DNA of 64,000 nt from Fibrobacteria bacterium. GTDB taxonomy: Bacteria > Fibrobacterota > Fibrobacteria > UBA11236. Each line of letters begins with the position of its first letter. The first letter of the stretch is position 1. Both the position numbers and the translations under genes were made by a program. The stretch covers positions 7,182 through 71,181 of the forward strand of contig JBGTHM010000030.1 in NCBI GenBank assembly GCA_041746255.1. Direction: 5' to 3'. Below, one piece after another: positions 1-10,258 of the stretch. The notes beneath the pieces were generated by a model that was not told the DNA's origin, ran no database searches, and saw only the letters and a list, made by a program, of their open reading frames with translations.

Positions 1-45
1 AAGCCCAACGAAATGTCGTGACCGGTTTACGCGAAATTTCGTTAA

Positions 46-61
46 TCACGAGTTTTCGTGA
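46..61. promoter_or_regulatory. Perfect inverted repeat TCACGA-gtttt-TCGTGA in the upstream region of the first gene
   Basis: Read directly from the sequence: tcacgagttttcgtga, 6-bp arms with a 4-nt spacer. Several further TTTCG(T)GA-like half-sites lie nearby at 9-41. Confidence 0.3.
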
Positions 62-123
62 ATAGAATTTTCGCCTGAGCCCTGTTTTCTCCGAAAATTT
101 CCATTTTTCGGGCAATTTTGAAT

Positions 124-139
124 TGGCACGCATTGTGCA
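124..139 (+). promoter_or_regulatory. Sigma-54-like -24/-12 promoter element (TGGCAC-N5-GTGCA)
   Basis: TGGCACgcattGTGCA matches the RpoN consensus TGGCAC-N5-TTGCA with one mismatch in the -12 box. GG and GC are spaced 10 nt apart. It lies about 70 bp upstream of the ORF starting at 207. Confidence 0.3.
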
Positions 140-156
140 TTTCCTTCCTCTCAAGA

Positions 157-173
157 TTGCGGACGTTCCGCAA
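157..173. promoter_or_regulatory. Perfect 7-bp palindrome TTGCGGA-cgt-TCCGCAA between the putative promoter and the start codon
   Basis: Read directly from the sequence. It is a possible operator or 5'UTR hairpin. Confidence 0.3.
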
Positions 174-206
174 TGCTAAAAGAGAAAACCAGAAAGGGAA
201 AACACC

Positions 207-1141
207 ATGCAAATCCAAGCCCTCGAAAACCAAACCCAACGTTATGCCCACTGTATCAAGGTTTCCAAAGCTGTGTCCTGGGAAATCGACCGCGACGTCA
301 TTCGTGGAAGAAAATTCGACTTCCAACAAAAATTTTTACCGGACGGACTCTCCCTTGTTGATCAGCTGCCTAAACTGACCCCTTCGGAGAAACGCCTGCT
401 AAGCCAAATCCAAGGTCGTAGCTACGCAATATTTTTGGACTGGTGGAGCGCTTCATCAACGCCAAGGTACTGGAAATCAGCCGGGATTATTGGTTGGGCG
501 ATCAGGTGGCTTTGGAAGCCCTGGTTCGTTTCAGCGACGAGGAACTCAAGCATCAAGAGCTGTTCCGTCGTATAGAAGCTGAAATCGGCGCTGGAATGCC
601 CGGTGGATACCGCTTTCTTCCCCAACCGGATGACGTAGCATCGGTGGTACTGGGTAAAAGCACATGGGCGGTGCTGGCGCTTACCTGCCATATCGAACTC
701 TTTACGCAAACCCACTATGTGAAAAGCATCGACGGCGACAGGGGGTTATCCGACCTATACCGGGATGTATTCAAATTCCACTGGAAGGAAGAGGCGCAGC
801 ATGCGATTTTGGACGAGATCGAATGGGCGCGCGAAACCGAAAAACTTTTACCTGCGGAGCTGGACGCGGCGGTGGACGACTTTATCGCCCTGGTAGGTGC
901 GGTGGATGGGATTCTGCAAATGCAGGCCAAAGAAGATGCGGACTATTTCATCAGCATATTGGACCGCTTGCCCAATCCGGGAGAATTGCAGCAGGTGAGG
1001 GACACGGTTCTCAAGGCCTATCGCTGGCAGTACATCGTGTCCGGCGTAAGGGAAGGCCGCTTCATGGAAATCCTGGGAGGCTTCATCAATGCGGACCATG
1101 CGGAGCGTATCACCCGAGCCCTGGGCCCCATCCTGGGATAG
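207..1141 (+). CDS. Ferritin-like diiron-carboxylate protein (putative oxygenase, AurF-like) with an apparent frameshift
   Basis: ORF 207..575 (frame 0) and ORF 443..1141 (frame 2) read as one protein across the T5 run at 432-436 (...SQIQGRSYAIF | GLVERFINAK...). The downstream part carries ExxH diiron motifs (DEELKHQELF, KEEAQHAILDEIEW). Confidence 0.5.
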
Positions 1142-1170
1142 GCCGATGCCTTTAGAAAGGAGACCAAACC

Positions 1171-1959
1171 ATGGCCTATGTATGCCCTATCGGATTCGAT
1201 ACCGAAGCAATGCGGAGAAATGTCCGCGATACCTATGAGAAACTGGCGGATCATCCCGAGGGAAATTATCACTTCCACCGAGGAGCCGCCTATGCAGCGG
1301 GATTGCTGAAATATTCGCAAGCCGATCTTGACGCGCTGCCGAAGGATTCCGTGGCCCGCTTCGCCGGAGTCGGCAACCCGCTTCGTGTCGGGCCCATCCA
1401 CCGTGGAGAAGTCGTGCTGGGCCATGCCTGCGGAGCGGGCGTCGATTTGCTGTTGGCCGCTCGCAGGGTAGGCCCCACCGGCCGGGCGATAGGAGTAGAT
1501 ATGACCCCGGGCATGCGCAGTTACGCCCGCACCGGCGCCCAAAAGGCGGGATTTGCCGCCCGCGTAGACATACGCGAGGGTTATTTCGAGGCGCTACCGC
1601 TAGAAGACGGATGCGTGGACGTGGTGTTGTCGAACGGAGTGGTCAACCTCGCTCCCGACAAGACCTTGGTTTTCCGGGAGATTGCCCGGGTACTGAAACC
1701 CGGGGGACGACTTTACTTGGCGGATGTTACATTAAGCGGGGAGTTGGGGCTGGATGCGCGGGCCAATCCGGAGCTGTGGGCGGGATGCGTAGCCGGCGCG
1801 CTGACGGAGGAGGAGCTTTTAAGCTTATGCTGGCATGCGGGCTTATTGCATTCCCGGGTGACGGAGCGATTCGATTGCTTCCGTGACACCTCGGCCCGTC
1901 GTAAGGTCAACGCGAAATTCGAGATTTGGGGGAGCAATATCCTGGCTTTTAAGGGGTGA
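1171..1959 (+). CDS. ArsM-family class I SAM-dependent methyltransferase, non-canonical because two of three ArsM catalytic Cys are absent
   Basis: GxGxG-type SAM motif LGHACGAGVD. Motifs VDVVLSNGVVNLAPDK, VLKPGGRLYLAD and ELWAGCVAGA resemble arsenite methyltransferases. Gly replaces the Cys normally found in SNCVINL. Confidence 0.6.
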   Translation: MAYVCPIGFDTEAMRRNVRDTYEKLADHPEGNYHFHRGAAYAAGLLKYSQADLDALPKDSVARFAGVGNPLRVGPIHRGEVVLGHACGAGVDLLLAARRVGPTGRAIGVDMTPGMRSYARTGAQKAGFAARVDIREGYFEALPLEDGCVDVVLSNGVVNLAPDKTLVFREIARVLKPGGRLYLADVTLSGELGLDARANPELWAGCVAGALTEEELLSLCWHAGLLHSRVTERFDCFRDTSARRKVNAKFEIWGSNILAFKG

Positions 1960-3550
1960 GCGGCAGGCGGATGGATTCGCTTTCATTTTTCGGTGCCTCG
2001 TCGTGTAAGGATTCTTCCAGCACGTCAGATACCAGTTTATATTGGGGATCTTCCCAGTGATTGACCTCGATTAAGGAGGAGGCGTTATCTAAAAGTACGC
2101 GGCAGTCTTCACTCAGATGACGTAAATGCAATTTTTTCCCGGCGCGGGAATACCGCTCCGTAACCTTGTTGACCGCTTCTATCGCGGAATGATCCACTAC
2201 CCTCGATTCCTTGAAATCGATCACGATTTCGGAGGGATCGCTAAGTACATCGAACTTTTCCTGAAAGAGCCCGGCGGAACCGAAAAAGAGCGGACCGAAA
2301 ATTTCATAATGCTTCACGCCATTTTCATCGATGTATTTTCTCGCCCGGATTCTTTTCGCATTTTCCCAGGAAAAAGCCAAAGCGGAAATAATGACCCCGA
2401 CCAATACCGCCACCGCCAGATTGTGGAAAATAACCGTCACCCCGGCAACCATAAACATGACGACAACGTCCGTGGTGGGAACCCTGCGGATGATTTTGAG
2501 GCTGGCCCATTCGAAGGTTCCGAAAGCCACCATGATCATAAGCCCGACCAGCGGCGCCATGGGTAATTTTGTGATAAGGGAGGAACCGAACAGGATAAAA
2601 ACCAGGAGGGAAGTTGCGGCAACGACTCCGGATAGGCGTTTGCGACCTCCCGAACTGACGTTGATGATGCTCTGTCCTATCATGGCGCAACCGCCCATGC
2701 CTCCGAAAAATCCCGTCACCACATTGGCTGAACCCTGGGCGATGCATTCGCGATTGCCGCGCCCGCGCGTTTCCGTCATTTCGTCGACTACCGTCATAGT
2801 CAGTAAGCTTTCGATGAGGCCGACCATGGCCATGATAAGCGAATAGGGGAAAATGATTTTAAGCGTTTCCCAATCCCAAGGCACGCTGGGAAAATGGAAT
2901 TGAGGCAAACCTCCGGAAATCGTAGCGATGTCCCCGACGGTTTTGGTGGATAGCCCGGTAAAAAGGGCGAATAGGGAAACGCCCACAATGGCCACCAGCG
3001 ACGCCGGAACCGCTTTGGTGAACTTGGGGAGGAAGTGGATGATGGCCATGGTTGCAACCACTAGAGCCAGCATAATGGCCAGCGGTTTGCCGGTAATCCA
3101 TTCGAGTGCCCCGTCCTCACCCATTACCTTGAATTCGGTAAGTTGGGAAAGAAAGATGACGATGGCCAGTCCATTCACGAATCCGAACATGACGGCCTGA
3201 GGCACGAGCCGAATGAATTTTCCCAGACGGAACAATCCTGCCGTTACCTGTATAACGCCCATGAGAACCACGGCCGCGAACAAATACTCCAGTCCGTGGG
3301 TGGCGACCAGACTGACGACTACGACCGCGATGGCGCCCGTCGCTCCGGAAATCATACCGGGACGGCCTCCGGCCAAGGCGGTTATGAAACAGATTATGAA
3401 GGCCGTATAAAGCCCCGTCATGGGGCTCACTCCGGCAATGATGGAAAAGGCCACTGCTTCCGGTATTAAGGCCAAGGACACCGTTATACCCGAGAAGATT
3501 TCATTTTTGGGGTTGGTAGTCTGATGCTTAAGAAGATTCAGGAAAAACAT
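1949..3550 (-). CDS. SulP-family inorganic anion (sulfate/bicarbonate) transporter with a C-terminal STAS domain
   Basis: Polytopic membrane protein with SulP signature regions ([20 protein letters not shown]...) followed by a soluble C-terminal STAS-like domain. Confidence 0.8.
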   Translation of the reverse strand: MFFLNLLKHQTTNPKNEIFSGITVSLALIPEAVAFSIIAGVSPMTGLYTAFIICFITALAGGRPGMISGATGAIAVVVVSLVATHGLEYLFAAVVLMGVIQVTAGLFRLGKFIRLVPQAVMFGFVNGLAIVIFLSQLTEFKVMGEDGALEWITGKPLAIMLALVVATMAIIHFLPKFTKAVPASLVAIVGVSLFALFTGLSTKTVGDIATISGGLPQFHFPSVPWDWETLKIIFPYSLIMAMVGLIESLLTMTVVDEMTETRGRGNRECIAQGSANVVTGFFGGMGGCAMIGQSIINVSSGGRKRLSGVVAATSLLVFILFGSSLITKLPMAPLVGLMIMVAFGTFEWASLKIIRRVPTTDVVVMFMVAGVTVIFHNLAVAVLVGVIISALAFSWENAKRIRARKYIDENGVKHYEIFGPLFFGSAGLFQEKFDVLSDPSEIVIDFKESRVVDHSAIEAVNKVTERYSRAGKKLHLRHLSEDCRVLLDNASSLIEVNHWEDPQYKLVSDVLEESLHDEAPKNESESIRLPLTP

Positions 3551-3899
3551 GTTGCTTGCTCGATTTTAAAGTTTGCATAAAGGGGAAAAACCCCCTGAAG
3601 GGAATGTGTGAATTCTCCGAATGGAAATTCATTGAATCAGGCCCCCGATTCACGAAGGCCATAAAAGATCGAACCGGAGTTGCCGACTACTGCAGAGCTA
3701 ATTGAGCGAAAAAAATTGCAAGCGCGGAATCGTCATTTCTGGAAGGCTAATAGTACCAAAAAGTCTCTTGGAATCAAGGTTTGCAAGAGCCTAAACAACA
3801 CTCTTCCTATCTATAGTCTGACAATTTCCCCAAGGAACCAAACTGGCCGGAATGGACTGTTCGACAAGCTTCCCCGAAGAGGGAATTGTCGTTCCAATC

Positions 3900-6800
3900 C
3901 TATGCAGAAGCCTCACCCCTTGCGGAAACTCCCAACAACTCCCTGACTTCATCCAATAGCTGATTCGGCATGAACGGTTTAGAGATGAAATGGGTATTGC
4001 CTCTTTGCGGAGTATTTCGGGCCAGGGGGGTGTCGGTATAACCGGACATGAACAGGACGCAAACATCGCGCTTCAGGGAGCGTAGTTGCTTCACCATCTG
4101 AATGCCGTCCATTCTGGGCATGACAACGTCCGAGATAATCAAATTTATTTTTCCCGGATGGCTGCGGCCCATCTCCAAGCCTTCCTGGCCATCCCGTGCT
4201 TCGAGGACGGCATATCCATTTTGTTCCAAAATTCTCTTGACGAGTTCCCTTACCGATTCTTCATCCTCAACCAATAGGATAGTCGCTAGCAGGGCTTTCG
4301 GATTCGAAAAGCTTGATGCAGGAATCGAAGCGTTCACCCCAATTCCTTCTTCAGCCACCGGGAAATAAATCGAAAAACTCGTTCCCTGGCCTTCTCGGCT
4401 ATCGATGAAAATGTGGCCGCCGCTTTGCGAGATAATTCCATAAACTGTAGCCAATCCGAGTCCGGATCCCCTTCCGAATTCCTTGGTCGTGAAGAAAGGT
4501 TCGAAAACCAGGGATTTCACTTCCTCACTCATGCCGGTACCGTTATCCGTAACCGTCAACAGGGTGTATGAACCGGCATTGAGTGCATGGAGATTGCCGT
4601 TGGAATGGGCGGTCACTTCGACCGGGAGGGTTTGGATTCTGATTTTGCCGGATGAGGGGATGGCATCACGTGCATTTACCACTAAGTTCATGAGTACTTG
4701 CTCAATATTGACTGGGTCAACATTAACCGTTTTCAATGTGGAGTCAAGCTTCAACTCCAGTTCGATATTCTCGCCGATTATGCGTTTAAGCATCTTCGCG
4801 AAATTGATTATCAGTGCGTTCAAGTCCACTATTTTTAACGAGAGAATTTGCTTGCGGGAATAGGCCAGCAATTGTCTGGTCAGGTCCGCTGCGCGTTCGC
4901 CCGCCTTTTTGATTTCAGTAAGATGGCCGTAGAGTGGATTATCCTTTTCGACTAGGGACAGCGACAAATGACTGTACCCGTTTATGGCAGTCAGGAGATT
5001 GTTGAAGTCGTGGGCGATACCGCCCGCCAGTTTACCAATGGATTCCATTTTCTGGGCTTGTAGCAGCTGATCCTGCACTTGGCGTAGAAATATTTCCGCG
5101 GCATGTTGTTCGATGGCAATACCGGCGATTCCAACCAAGGTCTCGAACCGGCTAATCTCCTTCCGGTCAAGATGACGGGGTTCCTTAAAATAAAGGGCGA
5201 AAGCCGCCAGGGTTTTTCCGGAAGCAGTGGAAATGGGAAGGCACAGGCAGGCCGTGAATCCATTTTCCAAACCCGGATCGTCTTTTGATTTCCACTCGGG
5301 ATGAGTACTTGCATCTTCCACGTAAATCCTTGCGCCGGTCAGGGCCACGGTGGCGCAAATGCCTTGCCTTGCTTCGATGGCATGGCCTTCGATTGCCTGC
5401 AGATAATTATCCGGCATGCAGAATGAAGCACCATTAACCAAGTGTCGACCATCGGGGGAAAGCAGGAGTATGGATGCGCAGGAGCCCTGGATCAGGATTT
5501 CCGCATTTCTCGTCACCGATACAAGCACCTTCGACAATGGTGTTCGACGAGCTATTTTTTCCAGAACAGTTCTTTGCGCCTTTAATTCCGCTCCGATGGC
5601 TTCGGCTTTTTTGCGGGCCAGCACTTGGGTGGTGATTTCGAAAGCTAAGGCCATGACACCTTCTATTTTACCCTGGGCGTTTCGCATCGGTTGGTAGGTA
5701 AAGCGAAAGTAGGCCGGTTTTGGACCCTGTCCCCGGTCGAGCGAAACAAGCATTTCCTGGGTCGTGAAAGCTTCTCCCTGATAGGCTTTATCTAGAATCT
5801 CGAATATGCCCTGGCTTTCGAGTTCCGGAAACACCTCTCTTGCTGTTCTTCCCAAAAGATTGTGGCGGCCCGCCAGTTCGTAAAAAAGCGGGTTAACGAA
5901 TACATATTCCAGATTGGGGCCGCTTAGTATGCTGATTGCAGCCGGAGCCTGCAGGAAGAGCGATTTCAACCAGGATATTTGCTGTTCCGTTTTCGACAGT
6001 GCGCTTATACTGGCGAATAAATGACCGATCCTTTCGACGATAAGTTGGAAAAAACTCTTATAACTGTCGTCCAGCTTCAATCGGGGGCTGATGCCGAATA
6101 CGAGGATACCGATTGTCTCTGTTTGAGCCAAACCTTTGATGGGAAAAGCCAAACTTGATGTTGGAGGCTCAGGCCAGGGAATGCCAGGTAGAATTCGAAT
6201 GCGACCTTCTAGATTCTTCAGCAGGAATGGCTGGCCTTCTTGGATAACTTTGTTCAGGGGCCAATCCGAATCAGTTGAGTCCGAAAGATTTATCGTGGCG
6301 GGAATATCCGAATTATCCAGGATAATTCCGGAACTTTCCCTTAAAATGGCCTTATCTTTTTTCTCGTTGATCAGAAAAATAAGCGAAAAGGGAATGTCCC
6401 ATCTGTTTTTATCAAAACACTGTGTAATAATTTTGAATGCTTCCGTCTCGTTTTCCACGGTTAGAGATTCATTTGATAATTCCGTGATGACTTTCGCTCG
6501 CCTCTCCCATATTGTCTGGGTGGTGGTTTCGCATACAATATTGAGAACCCCTACGATTCCACCGCAATCATTCCGAATGGGACTGTGAGACGTAGTGAAA
6601 TAGGCTTCTTCCAAAAAACCATGCCGGATTAAGGAAACCTGCTGTTGCTGTAGCGATTCGGACTGGCCTTGATGATAAACGCGATTTATCATCGGTCCAT
6701 ACTCTTCCCAGATTTCGGACCAACAGTTCGCGGCCATTTTCCCGAGAGCTTGCGGGTGCTTTTTCCCTATGAGGAGGCGAAAGGCATCATTGTAGAACGT

Positions 6801-6998
6801 TATAAATTCCGCTCCCCAAAAAACGGCGATTGGAAATGGGGTGTTCAGCGTCAAATTCAGGGTATTCCTAAGGCATTGCGGCCATTCTGATATGGGTCCC
6901 AGTGAGGAATCGCGCCAGTCCCGGGAGCGAATGAGCTCCCCCATTTCCCCTCCACCTTCGAGACCGTTGGCGGTGAGGTTTTCGCGCGAAGGATCCAT
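3900..6998 (-). CDS. Hybrid sensor histidine kinase/response regulator with multiple PAS and GAF domains
   Basis: 1032 aa. HisKA H-box [18 protein letters not shown]. HATPase_c G-boxes [10 protein letters not shown] and [13 protein letters not shown]-terminal receiver [18 protein letters not shown]...[13 protein letters not shown]. Confidence 0.85.
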   Translation of the reverse strand: MDPSRENLTANGLEGGGEMGELIRSRDWRDSSLGPISEWPQCLRNTLNLTLNTPFPIAVFWGAEFITFYNDAFRLLIGKKHPQALGKMAANCWSEIWEEYGPMINRVYHQGQSESLQQQQVSLIRHGFLEEAYFTTSHSPIRNDCGGIVGVLNIVCETTTQTIWERRAKVITELSNESLTVENETEAFKIITQCFDKNRWDIPFSLIFLINEKKDKAILRESSGIILDNSDIPATINLSDSTDSDWPLNKVIQEGQPFLLKNLEGRIRILPGIPWPEPPTSSLAFPIKGLAQTETIGILVFGISPRLKLDDSYKSFFQLIVERIGHLFASISALSKTEQQISWLKSLFLQAPAAISILSGPNLEYVFVNPLFYELAGRHNLLGRTAREVFPELESQGIFEILDKAYQGEAFTTQEMLVSLDRGQGPKPAYFRFTYQPMRNAQGKIEGVMALAFEITTQVLARKKAEAIGAELKAQRTVLEKIARRTPLSKVLVSVTRNAEILIQGSCASILLLSPDGRHLVNGASFCMPDNYLQAIEGHAIEARQGICATVALTGARIYVEDASTHPEWKSKDDPGLENGFTACLCLPISTASGKTLAAFALYFKEPRHLDRKEISRFETLVGIAGIAIEQHAAEIFLRQVQDQLLQAQKMESIGKLAGGIAHDFNNLLTAINGYSHLSLSLVEKDNPLYGHLTEIKKAGERAADLTRQLLAYSRKQILSLKIVDLNALIINFAKMLKRIIGENIELELKLDSTLKTVNVDPVNIEQVLMNLVVNARDAIPSSGKIRIQTLPVEVTAHSNGNLHALNAGSYTLLTVTDNGTGMSEEVKSLVFEPFFTTKEFGRGSGLGLATVYGIISQSGGHIFIDSREGQGTSFSIYFPVAEEGIGVNASIPASSFSNPKALLATILLVEDEESVRELVKRILEQNGYAVLEARDGQEGLEMGRSHPGKINLIISDVVMPRMDGIQMVKQLRSLKRDVCVLFMSGYTDTPLARNTPQRGNTHFISKPFMPNQLLDEVRELLGVSARGEASA

Positions 6999-7162
6999 GA
7001 AATTTCCCCGATAGGCTTAGGGATAATTCAAGAGAATGTCTGAACCGTCTTTTAATATAAGGGAGTGAAACAGGGAATGCTAAATAAATCGAAATCGAAT
7101 TGAAATCGATGCCTTAACCGCCAGAGAAAACCAGGCTGCATTGGCTGGGGCCCGCCACGGTA

Positions 7163-7966
7163 TTATTGCAACCACAACAAGCTCGCCGCCATTACCGCCA
7201 TACCGGCTATCAACCCATATATGGCTAAATGGTGCTCGCCGTATTCCTCCGCCGCCGGCAATAACTCATCCAGGGAGATGAAAACCATTATTCCCGCTAC
7301 AAATGCAAAGGTCAACGCGAAGAGCGTGTCATTGAGAAAGGGAAGTAAAATAAGATATCCGACCAGTGCGCCCACGGGCTCGGCCAATCCACTTAAAAAA
7401 GAATACCCAAAGGCCTTTTTGCGGCTTCCGGTGGCATAGAAGAGCGGCACGGCCACCGCGATGCCTTCGGGGATATTGTGAATGGCGATGGCAATGGCAA
7501 TGCTTACGCCTAGAGCCGGATCTTTCAATGCCGCTATAAAGGTGGCGAAGCCTTCGGGAAAGTTATGCAAAGCTATGGCACCGGCGGTGAAAAGACCCAG
7601 GCGCAACAGACGGGCCTGGTCTTGGGGCCGCTCTCGCATGGCTTCAACCCGCTTTATTTCATGCGGGTTGCCTTGCTCCGGAACCATCCGGTCGATAATT
7701 GCGATAAGGGCTATGCCTGCGAAAAAGCCGAGAATCGTAAACCAACCGCCTTCGGTCGCGCCGCGCAACCGAGTTAGTTCCGCTTGTGCCGTCGCCAGCA
7801 ATTCCATGAAAGAAACGTAAATCATGACCCCGGCGGAAAATCCCAGCGAAGGGGCGAGAATTCGCGTATGGGTATGGCTGGTGAAAAAAGCCAGCGCGCT
7901 TCCGATTCCGGTGGAAAGACCGGCGAAGAGCGTCAGCCCGAAGGCGAAATAAACATTTCCGAACAT
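7163..7966 (-). CDS. zupT: ZIP-family zinc transporter ZupT
   Basis: 267-aa membrane protein with the ZIP motifs HNFPEGFA and HNIPEGIAVAVP, and full-length similarity to ZupT. Confidence 0.8.
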   Translation of the reverse strand: MFGNVYFAFGLTLFAGLSTGIGSALAFFTSHTHTRILAPSLGFSAGVMIYVSFMELLATAQAELTRLRGATEGGWFTILGFFAGIALIAIIDRMVPEQGNPHEIKRVEAMRERPQDQARLLRLGLFTAGAIALHNFPEGFATFIAALKDPALGVSIAIAIAIHNIPEGIAVAVPLFYATGSRKKAFGYSFLSGLAEPVGALVGYLILLPFLNDTLFALTFAFVAGIMVFISLDELLPAAEEYGEHHLAIYGLIAGMAVMAASLLWLQ

Positions 7967-8043
7967 GAGAAGTTATGGCTGGAGAAACTGTATCGGGAAA
8001 GTATGCCGATTGCGCATACTTTCCCGATTCTTAGAGTTGCAAG

Positions 8044-10032
8044 TTACTCAACCAACTGGAGCTCAACCCGGCGGTTCATGGCGCGGCCTTCCGCCGTACG
8101 GTTCGAACCCGTGGGGCGTGTGGGACCGTAACCGACAACCTTCAGCCGCGTAGCTTCCACACCCTTCTGAATGAAGTAGTCGGCCACAGACTGCGCTCTC
8201 TCTTGCGAAAGCCGCTGGTTCAAAGCTATGGAGCCGCGATCGTCGGTATGCCCGCCTACCTCAATTTTAACCTTGGTGGTTATGAGTTGAGAAACCACAT
8301 TGTCCAACACCGAATAGGATTCGTCCGTGAGGCGTGCCGAGCCGGTATGGAAATTGACACCTCTCAAGACTATGGTTTTGACGGTTTCTTCCACTTTTAC
8401 GATGGCGGGGCATCCGTCCTTACCGTCTTTACCTTGGGCGGTGTCCGGGCAATTATCAGAACCCTGACAGATTTCAGTGTACTCGGCAGACAATCCCAAT
8501 TGCTGTACCCAGGGATTGCAAACGCCGTCGCCATCGGTATCTGGATTAGGGCATCCATCCTTGCATTTCTCGCATGTGCCTTGCGGCAGATCCGGGCATT
8601 TATCCGCTCCCTTACAAATGGACGCGAACTGATCCGATAGGCCGGCTTTGCTCACCCAAGGGTCACAAATTCCATCGCCGTCTCTGTCGGGAACGGGGCA
8701 ACCCTGTGAACCTTTTTCGCCCTGAGCGACATTTGGGCAAAGGTCCGTACCGGTGCAAATATGCGCGAACTGTTCAGACATGCCGCTTTCCTGCACCCAG
8801 GGATCGCAGGCTCCGTCCTTATCCGTATCAGGATGCGGGCACCCATTTCGACCATCGGGTCCCTGGGCAACATTGGGGCATTGGTCGGTACCCTTGCAAA
8901 TATGCGCGAACTCCGCCTCTAGGCCGCTTTCACCGACCCATGCTTCGCAGACTCCATCGCCATCTTTATCTGGATTGGGACAACCGTATTGACCCTTGTC
9001 CCCTTGCGGTACATCGGGGCAAAGATCCGATTTGTCCGGTACCCCGTCGCCGTCCTTATCCTGGCTGACGATAGGTCCGTTCCAGGAGACCTGGAAATAG
9101 AGGGAGGCATCGGGAGCCCCCCGGATGCCCATTCGATTGGTCTGACCATTATAGGGATATTCCACCGTGTTGAAGCCATTATTAGCCATTCCCAAAATCA
9201 GGCCGGCTTGAAAATTGAAGCCTATGGGAGTGCGCGCCAATGCGCCCAGGGTCAGGGTCAAAATTTCGGTGGAGAGTTGGTCGTCCGTACCCCATTTATT
9301 GGCACGTGCCTCATGCCATAATTCGCTGAAAAAACCAATATAAGGATTGAGAGTCAAATCCAAGGACGTTCCCGCGAACAAAATGTCGTCGAATCCTGGT
9401 TCGGCCAAACCGATTTTTCGGATTCCGGCATTCAAATGCCAGGCAAAGCTGGCCTTATTGGTCAGGTCTTTCAGGTGAAAAGTCATCCCCAGTCCAGCCA
9501 AAAAGGTGGGTACATCAACACCATAGGGAGTCGCCTTGGCGTTGTCCACGCCATAGTATTCCAGTTGCGTGGGAATGGCGCCGGGGCCATCATGGGTCGG
9601 TATCGAGCCCCCGAGTAGAAGGGACATGTTCATGATTTCGCGGGTGGGAGCATAAGGTATTTGAAATTTGGCGCGGTATTTCAAATCTCCGATATGAAAA
9701 TCGTCGTGAGATAGAACCGAACTTTTCATTTCCTGATAATAGAAGGGAAGGGCCAAGCTGAGGTCGACGAGTGAACCGGCGCCCATACCGAGAAATACAT
9801 TGTTGTTGGCCATTAAAAAGGGTTTGATAAATCCCTTTTGACCGTTTGTAAATACCGAACCCTCTCTCAGCACCGCTTCATCGTCGATGAGATGGGTATT
9901 GGCGCCGATGGCCACATGCCCGTTTTTCAAAGCTTCGGATGAAAACGTGTTGTGAATGCCGGGAAGGCCATCCTTGTTAACGGCGGAAAAGCCGACGGAG
10001 GCGATGAGTAACAATAGGGCCAGACTTCTCAT
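8044..10032 (-). CDS. Outer-membrane OmpA-family protein with an N-terminal beta-barrel-like region, tandem thrombospondin type-3/Cys-rich calcium-binding repeats and a C-terminal OmpA peptidoglycan-binding domain
   Basis: Signal peptide. Four ~47-aa repeats of GCPxPDxDGDGxC(D/E)PWV...C.G.D.CP..AQG. C-terminal OmpA motif VGGHTDDRGS...NQRLSQERAQSV. Confidence 0.8.
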   Translation of the reverse strand: MRSLALLLLIASVGFSAVNKDGLPGIHNTFSSEALKNGHVAIGANTHLIDDEAVLREGSVFTNGQKGFIKPFLMANNNVFLGMGAGSLVDLSLALPFYYQEMKSSVLSHDDFHIGDLKYRAKFQIPYAPTREIMNMSLLLGGSIPTHDGPGAIPTQLEYYGVDNAKATPYGVDVPTFLAGLGMTFHLKDLTNKASFAWHLNAGIRKIGLAEPGFDDILFAGTSLDLTLNPYIGFFSELWHEARANKWGTDDQLSTEILTLTLGALARTPIGFNFQAGLILGMANNGFNTVEYPYNGQTNRMGIRGAPDASLYFQVSWNGPIVSQDKDGDGVPDKSDLCPDVPQGDKGQYGCPNPDKDGDGVCEAWVGESGLEAEFAHICKGTDQCPNVAQGPDGRNGCPHPDTDKDGACDPWVQESGMSEQFAHICTGTDLCPNVAQGEKGSQGCPVPDRDGDGICDPWVSKAGLSDQFASICKGADKCPDLPQGTCEKCKDGCPNPDTDGDGVCNPWVQQLGLSAEYTEICQGSDNCPDTAQGKDGKDGCPAIVKVEETVKTIVLRGVNFHTGSARLTDESYSVLDNVVSQLITTKVKIEVGGHTDDRGSIALNQRLSQERAQSVADYFIQKGVEATRLKVVGYGPTRPTGSNRTAEGRAMNRRVELQLVE
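8398..9063 (-). repeat. Intragenic tandem repeat region with a ~141-bp period, encoding the TSP3-like Cys-rich repeats
   Basis: tgcaaatatgcgcgaact recurs at 8754 and 8895, 141 bp apart. The protein shows four consecutive ~47-aa units. Confidence 0.7.
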
Positions 10033-10258
10033 GGTTCACCTCATGGATTTGGGGATTCGAAACCGGGAAGCGACGCTATCGCGAAATGCACGTAGCGCAC
10101 AGGTTTCCCGATGCATTTACAAGCACAGAAAATGACGAATAAAAGATATTCATCCTTGCTGGAATCAACAACTTATCGGGTGTATACATCCGCTCTTCAC
10201 CCATTTCCCGTCCCCTGGATGTAAAGGCGCTCAAAAGTTATGTTATCGACGGTGCACC

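Noticed and set aside
42-378. Small ORFs at the start of the window (42..329 -, 118..378 +, 173..361 +)
   Set aside because: They overlap the regulatory region and the N-terminus of the frameshifted oxygenase gene. They have no motifs and their compositions are not coding-like.
664-1542. Alternative-frame and antisense ORFs (664..1155 +, 1018..1542 -) overlapping the diiron oxygenase and methyltransferase genes
   Set aside because: Their low-complexity Arg/Gly/Pro-rich translations overlap better-supported genes.
1171-1959. Calling this gene arsM (arsenite methyltransferase)
   Set aside because: Two of the three conserved catalytic cysteines are absent, so only the family assignment is justified.
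3680-4066. Small ORFs in the SulP-to-kinase intergenic region
   Set aside because: They have no RBS or motif support. The region is more plausibly promoter/UTR.
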